Part shown: in pieces, positions 7,585 through 15,703 of the stretch | How the letters are laid out: every line of letters begins with the position of its first letter | Numbering within the stretch: position 1 is the first letter of the stretch | Virus record (IMG/VR): IMGVR_UViG_3300028887_000100 | Coordinates: 1-64,000 of that record | DNA: 64,000 nt | Direction: 5' to 3' (one strand) | Source: a virus | Lineage: Duplodnaviria; Caudoviricetes | Program-made: the position numbers and the translations under genes | The notes under the pieces: generated by a model | Told to the model about the DNA's origin: nothing | Databases searched by the model: none | What the model saw: the letters and a program-made list of their open reading frames with translations, nothing else

Positions 7585-8697
7585 TTATTTACTAAGCATA
7601 TCGTAATATGCATCTGCTCTCTTTTCAAGCTTCTTGTAAAGTGCATTATCAATAGCTATTGAAGGTGCCGCTAAAGTTCCTGCTAATGCCGTTGCAATAA
7701 CTGCCGGAACACCGAAACCACTCAATGCTAATACTGCACCTGCTACAGGTAATGATGCTAATTCATATAACTTGAAGTTTCTTAAAGCTAAGAATACTGA
7801 ACTTGCAACATCTGATACCTTTCTATTAGATGCAGTTCTTCTCTTACCAGCTTCATTGAGAGTTCCATCAGGCTTAAGATACTGTCTTGAAACCTTAGGC
7901 TTACTAAGTGATCCGACCTTCTCATCAAATACTGAATCTTCAAGCTTCTTGGCAGTATCTTCATCAGGCTTCATTGTTTCGTTATTCTTCTTGTTATAAT
8001 CCTTTAAGAACTTCTCAACAGCTTCCTTATCGCCCTTCTTGATCTTGCCGACAAGTTTATTATACTTCTCTTCATCACCCATCTCAAGAGCATCCTGAAT
8101 CTTAGCGATCTTTTTCTTGTTATTCAGAACAGAAAGTCTTTCAGCATCGGAGTAATCCTGATCGCTATTCTTCATGAAATTACTATAAGATTCACGAAGA
8201 GCCTGAACATCGTCATAGTTGTTAATAGCCTTCTTAACAGAAACAACACCAGCAGCGATGTCATAGATACCAGCCATACCAATCTTCTGATCATTTGAAC
8301 TACCAATTCTAATACCTCTTTCGTCAGCTTCTCTTTCAAGTTCACTAAGTTCGGTATCATACTCATCATCATTTTCTGGATGATTATACATGTACTTAAG
8401 ACGATTTGAGATTTCTTTATCATTCATACCTTTTGTTGAATTCTTATAAAATGATTTAGACAATCCGAATCCGCCAATCTTTTCTTCCTTATTCTTCTTA
8501 GTGGTACCATTCTTGCCGAAATATCTTATTTTACCTTCCTCATTAAATGTACCGTCAGCATTCTGCCATCTTCTCTGACCCCATTTCATGTTCGGAATGC
8601 CATAGTGAGAAAGAGATCCGCCGTTCTGTTCTTTCTCTTCATTAGCTTTATCTGCTTTGTATTTATCAAGCTTAGAATAAAACTCTATTCTATTCAT
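7585..8697 (-). CDS. Modular array protein H (370 aa), HYG leader and hydrophobic hairpin tail
   Basis: HYGIPNMKWGQRRWQNADG; Gly/Ala-rich hydrophobic C-terminus ending ADAYYDML. Confidence 0.85.
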   Translation of the reverse strand: MNRIEFYSKLDKYKADKANEEKEQNGGSLSHYGIPNMKWGQRRWQNADGTFNEEGKIRYFGKNGTTKKNKEEKIGGFGLSKSFYKNSTKGMNDKEISNRLKYMYNHPENDDEYDTELSELEREADERGIRIGSSNDQKIGMAGIYDIAAGVVSVKKAINNYDDVQALRESYSNFMKNSDQDYSDAERLSVLNNKKKIAKIQDALEMGDEEKYNKLVGKIKKGDKEAVEKFLKDYNKKNNETMKPDEDTAKKLEDSVFDEKVGSLSKPKVSRQYLKPDGTLNEAGKRRTASNRKVSDVASSVFLALRNFKLYELASLPVAGAVLALSGFGVPAVIATALAGTLAAPSIAIDNALYKKLEKRADAYYDMLSK

Positions 8698-9001
8698 TAT
8701 CTTTGTCCTCCTTCTTAAGGTTTACTTCAGGATAATCTATCTCTGAATTGTGGTAGATCATTGTATCCTCATTTACAGCTTTCAGAAACCAATCAATTCT
8801 GGCATAAGGATTAGCATTAATTACAACATTACCAGGAAGTAACTGATAATAAGGTACTCCCATTTTGAATTCTTCAGGATTTTCTACTGCTCTAACAATA
8901 GTTCCTAAATCAGAATCATAAATCTCAGTTACTGTTAATAAAGGAAACTTTGCTTTGAACTGTGCTAATATCTTTTTAGCTTTAGGTTCGTTATTTTTCA
9001 T
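8690..9001 (-). CDS. Partner G, candidate immunity protein, paralog of 10494-10760
   Basis: Overlaps the stop of the papain-fold gene; FKxxxP...AVxxPxE...PYY shared with the paralog. Confidence 0.65.
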   Translation of the reverse strand: MKNNEPKAKKILAQFKAKFPLLTVTEIYDSDLGTIVRAVENPEEFKMGVPYYQLLPGNVVINANPYARIDWFLKAVNEDTMIYHNSEIDYPEVNLKKEDKDNE

Positions 9002-10487
9002 TATCAGAACCTCCTTTTGTCTTCATAGTCTTTTTACTAATCTTACCAGAATCTTTCATCTTTTGACTAGCTTTAAACTCCTGGTTATCAAGTCTCTTAT
9101 ATCTAGAAGTAAAATTCAGAGTACTATCATTCAGTTTCTTAATTGTGGATTCATCATACTCAAATCCATTCTGACAATCATAATAATGTACACCATCAGC
9201 TTTTACTTCATAGAATATACTATGACCACACCATTGCGTACCGTCAAAATACGACCAGTTAAAATCACCATATGATCCTACTGGTTCTTTACTTATATTT
9301 CTATAGGTATCTTTGTAATCATCATAATCTGTAAACTTTCCGGTCCAAAGATTATCATATGATGTTCCTATTTCAGGATCAGTTCCACTAGCCATTATGC
9401 CATCTACATCAGAACCCGGCGTAACGTCATACCCTTTCTTTCTCAAAGCCATTGCTTGAGTACATGCATAACAATTATTAGCATATTCATTAGGACCAAC
9501 ACCTATACCATATAATAATTCATCGACCATCTGCTGATCAGAATAATAATATCCAGGATTAACTATCTTCATTTCTTCTTCAGTTGATAGTTCATAGTTC
9601 TTTATTCTAAATCCAGTCTTAGGATCAATTTCCTCAGTTTCTTTATTTGCTTCTATCCATTCATAAACATCTTTAATTTTTTCATCATTTTCTGCTATTT
9701 TCATTTGGAAAATTCCAGCAGAGTAATCACTAACTAACTGATTAAACTCGTCTGTTGTTTCAGGAACCGTATAATCAATTATGTCAGTCATTACATTTAA
9801 AATACTATTAGAATCATTCTTCATCTGTTCAGAATTCTTCTCTATTTCAGCAGCATTCTTTTCTTTATACCATTTTATATAATCTTTATTTTTTAATGCT
9901 TCTTCTTTTTCGGCTTTTATCTTTTCTGCTTCTGCATTCACTTCAGCCTGTCTATTCTTTCTTTCTTCTTCAGTCTTCTTAGCATTCTTCTGGAAATTTT
10001 CTATATATGCTTTTCTTTTTACTTCTCTCTCAGCTTTAATCTGCTCAGCTTCTTTATTAACTTCAGCTTGTCTATTCTTTCTCTCGGCTTCTGCCTGTCT
10101 AGCTGCTTTTAAAGCCTCTTCTTCTTTACGCTTTTTCTCATTCTCCTGTGCCTGTTTTATAGCAGCTTCTCTACCAGATTGTGCCTGCTGTACAGGAGTC
10201 TTCTTTGCAGCATTCTCTTTCTCTTTAGCAGCTCTATCAGCACCAGCATTCTGTGCAGCTTGTTTATTCTTATTGTAAGCATCCCATTCAGCTTTGGTGT
10301 AGAAATATCTATGCTTACCTTTACCCCAGAAGTCTTCTAACTTAGCATAATAGCCAGGTTGATTACTTTGATAATGATTATAGCTAGTGCCAGCATGCAT
10401 GAAAGAGTCCATACTGTTTAATTCTTTTGTATCTTTCTGCTTTTCTTTATACTTTTTCAAAGCATCAAACATTTGATATCTATCCAT
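8991..10487 (-). CDS. Modular array protein F with C-terminal papain-fold (Tox-PL-like) domain
   Basis: NNCYAC...ALRKKGYDV...GHSIF...YDCQ gives a Cys-His-Asp triad. Confidence 0.8.
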   Translation of the reverse strand: MDRYQMFDALKKYKEKQKDTKELNSMDSFMHAGTSYNHYQSNQPGYYAKLEDFWGKGKHRYFYTKAEWDAYNKNKQAAQNAGADRAAKEKENAAKKTPVQQAQSGREAAIKQAQENEKKRKEEEALKAARQAEAERKNRQAEVNKEAEQIKAEREVKRKAYIENFQKNAKKTEEERKNRQAEVNAEAEKIKAEKEEALKNKDYIKWYKEKNAAEIEKNSEQMKNDSNSILNVMTDIIDYTVPETTDEFNQLVSDYSAGIFQMKIAENDEKIKDVYEWIEANKETEEIDPKTGFRIKNYELSTEEEMKIVNPGYYYSDQQMVDELLYGIGVGPNEYANNCYACTQAMALRKKGYDVTPGSDVDGIMASGTDPEIGTSYDNLWTGKFTDYDDYKDTYRNISKEPVGSYGDFNWSYFDGTQWCGHSIFYEVKADGVHYYDCQNGFEYDESTIKKLNDSTLNFTSRYKRLDNQEFKASQKMKDSGKISKKTMKTKGGSDNEK

Positions 10488-10493
10488 AACTAC

Positions 10494-10760
10494 TTATCCC
10501 TCCATAGATTTATCATGATAAATGAGGAAATTAGGTTTAGCTACTTTAGACACCAAGTTAGCATTATCTATGTAGCTAATTCCGTCAACTTTACCTTTGG
10601 AATAAACATAATAAGGATCCATCTCCATCTCCCATTCTTTAGGATCTTTAACAGCTAAGATTATTGATAAATCCCCTTTATTCCAAATTTTCATTATTGT
10701 CTTACCTGGACGAAACTTTTTGAATGCATCAAAGATCTGTCCAACTAAATCGTTGCCCAT
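10494..10760 (-). CDS. Partner E, candidate immunity protein
   Basis: Similar to 8690-9001; start MGND after AAAGGAG. Confidence 0.65.
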   Translation of the reverse strand: MGNDLVGQIFDAFKKFRPGKTIMKIWNKGDLSIILAVKDPKEWEMEMDPYYVYSKGKVDGISYIDNANLVSKVAKPNFLIYHDKSMEG

Positions 10761-10778
10761 ACTGTCTCCTTTCAAAGT

Positions 10779-11645
10779 TTATTTCTTCTTAAGTTCTTGT
10801 ATCTTTTCATTAACTCTATTCCAATCAGCTGCAGACATATTCTTCTGATCAGCTGAAGATATACCAAGTTCTTTCATTGCAGAGTTGAGTAAATCCCAGT
10901 TACCAATAATACCTCTGTCAAGATTCTTTTGTACAGCCTTTCTAGCTTCTTTAATTTCAGCTTTCTCTTGTTTTGTAGGCTTCTTATTTTCTTTCGTCGC
11001 GCCAATCTCTTTGTTGATCTTAGCAATATCGTCACCAGTTAAATTACCTTTCTTATCGAGAACTTCATTTATTTTTTTCTTAAATTCATCATTCTGTATA
11101 TTGGCAGTTTCTTTCTTCTCAACTGGTTTCTCAGCTTTAGGTTCTTCAGTCTTAGATGCAGGAGCAGTAGTAAGTCTACCTTTATCGAATGCCTGTGCAT
11201 CAAATTCCTGCATATACTTTCTTGGATTCTTTAAATACTTTGCGTATTCTTTATTTACATCATCATCATTATCAAGTGTTTCTGAATTCTGTATAGTCTC
11301 AACAAAATCTCTATCATACATATGTTTTTCAGTAGCATTACTTAGCTTTTCTTTTTGTTTATTCTCATCATAAACATGATTATCTTTCATACTATCAGGA
11401 TTATTAGCTTCTTTTTTATTTTGTGCATACTGGTATCTGTTATATGCACTTTTAATCTTAGTAGGAACTTTATCGCTTATGGAACCATCAGGATTAAGGT
11501 ATCTAGCTTTACCTTCTTCTGTAAGAGAACCATCAGGATTCTGGTATCTTCTTACACCCCATTTTTGTCCAAGAATTCCATGATGCATTAAGGAGTCTTT
11601 CTCATTAAACAATCTCAAATTGTCATAAAAGTCATTTCGTTCCAT
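10779..11645 (-). CDS. Modular array protein D, HHG leader and W-LLN...ADW C-terminal domain
   Basis: HHGILGQKWGVRRYQNPDG; GNWDLLNSAM...AADWNRVNEKIQELK. Confidence 0.85.
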   Translation of the reverse strand: MERNDFYDNLRLFNEKDSLMHHGILGQKWGVRRYQNPDGSLTEEGKARYLNPDGSISDKVPTKIKSAYNRYQYAQNKKEANNPDSMKDNHVYDENKQKEKLSNATEKHMYDRDFVETIQNSETLDNDDDVNKEYAKYLKNPRKYMQEFDAQAFDKGRLTTAPASKTEEPKAEKPVEKKETANIQNDEFKKKINEVLDKKGNLTGDDIAKINKEIGATKENKKPTKQEKAEIKEARKAVQKNLDRGIIGNWDLLNSAMKELGISSADQKNMSAADWNRVNEKIQELKKK

Positions 11646-11662
11646 GTTAATTAACTCCTTTC

Positions 11663-12172
11663 CTACTCATTTTGATTTTCTTCTTTTTCTTTTAATTGCT
11701 CTGCCTGATTCTCTTTGAGTAAATCGTAATACTTGTTAGCTTTCTTCTCACAATACTTTGAATCAATATGATTGTAACCAGCTTTAACTAAGTTTTTTGC
11801 AATCATTACTCCACCAACAACAGGAATAGTTAAAGTACCTAAGCCAAAAGCTGAAATAACTGGAATTACACCGCCTTCAGTTGCTGCATAAGCTAATCCT
11901 GTTAATCCCGCTTTAATACCAGCTTTTGTTAACTCCCAGTTTCTAGATCTCTTATCCTCTTCTGATCTATTGTTGTAGTAAGTCTCTTTTCTATTTACTT
12001 TGTGTTCATTGACTTTCTTAGAACCAAAATATCTTTGCTTACCTTCTTCATTGAAAGTACCATCAGGATTTTGCCAACGTCTTATGCCCCTCTTTTGTCC
12101 AAGGATTCCATAATGTTGAAGAGAATTACTTTTATACTCATTTAACTTATCATAGAATTCATTCCTGTTCAT
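11663..12172 (-). CDS. Modular array protein C, HYG leader and hydrophobic hairpin tail
   Basis: Start MNRNEF; HYGILGQKRGIRRWQNPDG; hydrophobic segment; ANKYYDLL matches protein H. Confidence 0.85.
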   Translation of the reverse strand: MNRNEFYDKLNEYKSNSLQHYGILGQKRGIRRWQNPDGTFNEEGKQRYFGSKKVNEHKVNRKETYYNNRSEEDKRSRNWELTKAGIKAGLTGLAYAATEGGVIPVISAFGLGTLTIPVVGGVMIAKNLVKAGYNHIDSKYCEKKANKYYDLLKENQAEQLKEKEENQNE

Positions 12173-12302
12173 CAGCTTCCACCTCAATTCCATGTTTCTT
12201 TAACTCTTCTCGAACAACTATAGCAGTAAAAGCTGAAACTGCTCTCATCTGTTCATCAGTTAAAGTCTTAAGAATATCTTCTATTGTTTTCTCTTTTTTC
12301 AT
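12159..12302 (-). CDS. 47-aa helical protein B (missing from ORF track)
   Basis: MKKEKTIEDILKTLTDEQMRAVSAFTAIVVREELKKHGIEVEADEQE; overlaps both neighbours. Confidence 0.75.
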   Translation of the reverse strand: MKKEKTIEDILKTLTDEQMRAVSAFTAIVVREELKKHGIEVEADEQE

Positions 12303-13228
12303 GCTATGATACCCTCCTTCTTTAAGTAATCATAATTAGGTGTTAAGTTATCTGTTCTTAAGAAGCAATGACCAGGTAAAGCCATATTAGCATGTTTAGC
12401 TATATCGTTCATACTATATTTCTTATTTGATTGTGCATCATATATAGTAGCTTTACCATCTTCAATTCTATAGAACATTGAATGCCCACCACCTTCAGCC
12501 CAGTATACCATAAAGTTACCATATGATCCTTCGGGCTGTTTGTTAAGCTGTTCAACAATACTATTGAAACGTCCCATTGTAGGATCTTTCTTCTCTTTAT
12601 ACCAATTCTTAAGATCCCTAGCATAGCAACCATCAGGACATATACCAGCTTTAACATCATATCCCCTTCTCTTTAAATCAAGAGCAGTTGTACAAAGCAT
12701 ACAGTTTTCAGTTCTACCTAATTTCTTTTCCGATTGTATTCCAGAAACAGATTCGGTAAATAAACCATAACCATATTCTCTGTTAATCATTTTGATGTCA
12801 TCTTCTACACTTGCATCAGGATTTGACTTAAGTTTTAAACCAGTCTTTGGATCTGTCTTTTCAAGTTGTCTATTAGCTTCCCAATTCTTAATATCTTTTG
12901 TGACTTTGGCATTGTGTATAGCATCTCCAATTTTAACACCAGCATAAGTTCCAGCAGATATACCGGCTAATGCTGCTAAAGCTGTTAATGATCCGATTTT
13001 CTCTTCAGGTTCTTTCTTAGTTTGAGTCTGATTTTTGGAATCCTCCTCTTTCTTAGGCTCTCTTGCAGGACCATATCCATATCTCTCTCGGCCAGCTTGG
13101 GTGTAAGAACCATCTTTTTCCTGGAAACGCCTTACACCCCACTTCTGACCGATAATACCATGGTGATACAATTCATTTTGCCTTTGTCTTGCTGCCTCTA
13201 ATTTGGTATAATATTCTGACTGTAGCAT
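12299..13228 (-). CDS. Modular array protein A, HHG leader and papain-fold (Tox-PL-like) domain
   Basis: HHGIIGQKWGVRRFQEKDG; ENCMLC...LKRRGYDV...GHSMF...YDAQ. Confidence 0.85.
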   Translation of the reverse strand: MLQSEYYTKLEAARQRQNELYHHGIIGQKWGVRRFQEKDGSYTQAGRERYGYGPAREPKKEEDSKNQTQTKKEPEEKIGSLTALAALAGISAGTYAGVKIGDAIHNAKVTKDIKNWEANRQLEKTDPKTGLKLKSNPDASVEDDIKMINREYGYGLFTESVSGIQSEKKLGRTENCMLCTTALDLKRRGYDVKAGICPDGCYARDLKNWYKEKKDPTMGRFNSIVEQLNKQPEGSYGNFMVYWAEGGGHSMFYRIEDGKATIYDAQSNKKYSMNDIAKHANMALPGHCFLRTDNLTPNYDYLKKEGIIA

Positions 13229-13253
13229 TGGTCCGCCTCCTCATTGAATATCT

Positions 13254-13523
13254 TTAGTTATTTAGTTTTGCTTCTAACTTGTCGACTCTTTTCTCCAAGT
13301 TTTTAATATCGCTTCTTATTTCTGGGATTTGTGTTCCGAAATTGTTGTGTTTGTCAACTGTTTCCTTTAGATTACTAATTCGTTCTTCGATTACTGCCTG
13401 ATTTTTGTCTAACTTTGCATCCATCTCTCGTGATTGTTTACCACTAATGATAACATTTGAGAATATGGTTGCAACTGCACCAATGATCGCTACGACAATT
13501 ACTGCAATTGAAGCTCCATCCAT
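13254..13523 (-). CDS. Holin-like / XhlA-like membrane plus coiled-coil protein
   Basis: One N-terminal TM helix then coiled coil; next to the endolysin. Confidence 0.65.
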   Translation of the reverse strand: MDGASIAVIVVAIIGAVATIFSNVIISGKQSREMDAKLDKNQAVIEERISNLKETVDKHNNFGTQIPEIRSDIKNLEKRVDKLEAKLNN

Positions 13524-13584
13524 GATATTGTACCTCCTTCCACATATTTTTGTTATTACCAAATTATTAACAGCATTAATATCT

Positions 13585-14445
13585 TTAAATAGGATTCCAG
13601 ATCATATCGAGTTTCTTAGCAGTATTTTTACCAACAATACCATCTGCAGTAAGTTTATTAGCTTTTTGGAATTTCTTTACAGCTGTATCAGTTTTAGTAC
13701 CAAAATCTCCGTCAATCTTTCCGCAAGCATAACCTTTCTTAGTTAATTGTTCTTGTAAAAGCTTGACATCAGTTCCTTTACTACCCATTTTGATTAATCT
13801 GTAAACAACCGGTTTAACATCAAGAGGTTCAGTATAATCTATAAAGTCAGCATAACCATAAGCAGACCAACCATGTTTATCTACTGATTCGTATACACAA
13901 TTCTCTGCAGAACTTTTCATATGTATACACATGCCATCACCTAAATAAATACCGGTATGCTTTATCGACTTTGATGATTTACCTTTAAACAGTAACACCA
14001 AATCATGAAGAGGAAGCGTAGTAATTGGGCCTTTTCTTTCAGATCTGTCATAGTATCCTTGAGCCGTAGTGTCATATCCTGAGAGTCCAGCATGTTCTCC
14101 TGAGCAGTCAGAACCAGGCTTTCCTTCTCCTTCCTTTAGTTTGTCATCATAGTATTTCCGATCATATGTAGAAGTATGGTAGTTACGATATGCTTTATCT
14201 ATAGTTTCTCTTGTTATGATCGTACAATAGTTAAAGCCCCAAACATATATCGTTCCATCTTCTTTGATTTGAACATAATACTTTCTTGCTTTCTTCTGCG
14301 GAGTTTTGTTGCCCATTTGGTTGTCTCCTTTCTTGTTATTTGTTTTTAGTAATTCACCGAGTCGTTCTAATCCTAATGTAAATATTATTAGCATCAAGAC
14401 TAGAATCAACCCGGCAAATGCTTGAAGGAATGGTAGATCTGTCAT
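13585..14445 (-). CDS. Endolysin: NlpC/P60 peptidase plus peptidoglycan-binding domain (second start at 14316)
   Basis: SDCSG...KHTGIYLGDGMCIH; DVKLLQEQL...IDGDFG...FQK...ADGIVG. Confidence 0.9.
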   Translation of the reverse strand: MTDLPFLQAFAGLILVLMLIIFTLGLERLGELLKTNNKKGDNQMGNKTPQKKARKYYVQIKEDGTIYVWGFNYCTIITRETIDKAYRNYHTSTYDRKYYDDKLKEGEGKPGSDCSGEHAGLSGYDTTAQGYYDRSERKGPITTLPLHDLVLLFKGKSSKSIKHTGIYLGDGMCIHMKSSAENCVYESVDKHGWSAYGYADFIDYTEPLDVKPVVYRLIKMGSKGTDVKLLQEQLTKKGYACGKIDGDFGTKTDTAVKKFQKANKLTADGIVGKNTAKKLDMIWNPI

Positions 14446-14708
14446 TACTGATTCATACCATTATTTGCTTTAAATTGTTCATCCGCAGCCTTCTTGTCTT
14501 TGTTGTAGGCAATAGTAGATACACCAATGAGTGCGCCTATCAAGCCTGCAGTTGCATTGATTATTATGACAATGGTATTAACAGTAGTGGGATCTACATT
14601 AAGAGCACCTAATACCAAAGATAAGAATGTAGCAAGAGCAGGAAGTGCAATAAGTGCAATCCACTTGAGCCAATTGTAAAGTGCATCAGGAATTTTAGGC
14701 ATAATCAT
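14445..14708 (-). CDS. Holin
   Basis: 87 aa with two TM helices and charged C-terminus, directly upstream of the lysin. Confidence 0.8.
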   Translation of the reverse strand: MIMPKIPDALYNWLKWIALIALPALATFLSLVLGALNVDPTTVNTIVIIINATAGLIGALIGVSTIAYNKDKKAADEQFKANNGMNQ

Positions 14709-15681
14709 TACCTCCTTTTACAATATCTTTGTGATTTGCTTTACCACTTTTGTTATAAATCTGGAAAGCCGTTTTAGCAGTACATTCTCGTATAAGATTG
14801 TCATGGATATGTATACCATTACAAATACCATCACCAGACTTAGCTTCAACTTTCTCTCCAGATGGTAAGTAGCTATAGTTCTTTGAATAGATTCTAGCTA
14901 CTCGGTTACAATAAAATACATTATTACAAACTTCAACATTCTCCATTGCAGTAAATGATAAACATGCCTGAACTAATTCAGAATTGAGTTTACAATTGAA
15001 GATGTTGTTATGTATCATAATGTTTTTGTGCTTGTGATTACCAGATAATTGACTATGTTCTCCTATACAAGCATAAGGATAATCTCTGTATTTTGACTTG
15101 TCAAATCCACAATTACAGATTCGTATATCTTTACAACAAGTACCGTCATAACATTTTGATTTCTTTGTTGAACCAGATAATACAAATCCGCTATATCCAG
15201 CATGGTCAATCTGTATCATTTCTTTGTAAGCTGACTCAATATCTTTAAGATTATAACCAAAGAAATAACAATGATTAACAAGCACACCTTCAGAAGAATT
15301 AATCTCTAAAGCATGACATAATGTATCTTTGAAAGTAACATCTTCTATAATAACATCATGAGAATGAAAGAATGTTAGGAGATTATCGTATGAATAACCT
15401 CCCATTCCTTCGATTGTCCCATTCTTTATAGTAATGTTACCAGCCCCAGTATACTTTGTAGTCTTTGTTGTTACCTTGTTGAGAAATACAGATTGTAAGT
15501 TTCCTTTTCTCTGTAAAGTAGAACCATTAAGATCTACAATAGTATCTGAAGGAATAATAAGCTGTTTTGTTATCTTGTAAGTTCCAGGAGTAAACTGTAC
15601 TATACCCTTATTATTTAGCTTTGATTGTATCTTAGACATAGAGTCTTTCGTTGTAATTACTGTAACTTGAGCTGGTGTCAT
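14695..15681 (-). CDS. Pectin-lyase-like right-handed beta-helix protein (possible depolymerase)
   Basis: VQFTPGTYKIT, NITIKNGTI, DVIIEDVTF, HALEIN-type coils. Confidence 0.8.
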   Translation of the reverse strand: MTPAQVTVITTKDSMSKIQSKLNNKGIVQFTPGTYKITKQLIIPSDTIVDLNGSTLQRKGNLQSVFLNKVTTKTTKYTGAGNITIKNGTIEGMGGYSYDNLLTFFHSHDVIIEDVTFKDTLCHALEINSSEGVLVNHCYFFGYNLKDIESAYKEMIQIDHAGYSGFVLSGSTKKSKCYDGTCCKDIRICNCGFDKSKYRDYPYACIGEHSQLSGNHKHKNIMIHNNIFNCKLNSELVQACLSFTAMENVEVCNNVFYCNRVARIYSKNYSYLPSGEKVEAKSGDGICNGIHIHDNLIRECTAKTAFQIYNKSGKANHKDIVKGGNDYA

Positions 15682-15703
15682 AAGGGTTCCTCCTTATTTT
15701 GAA

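Noticed and set aside
9900-10300. Repeat KNRQAEVNxEAExIKAE in protein F as a distinct element
   Set aside because: Short intragenic duplication in a charged coiled-coil linker; it adds nothing beyond the array finding
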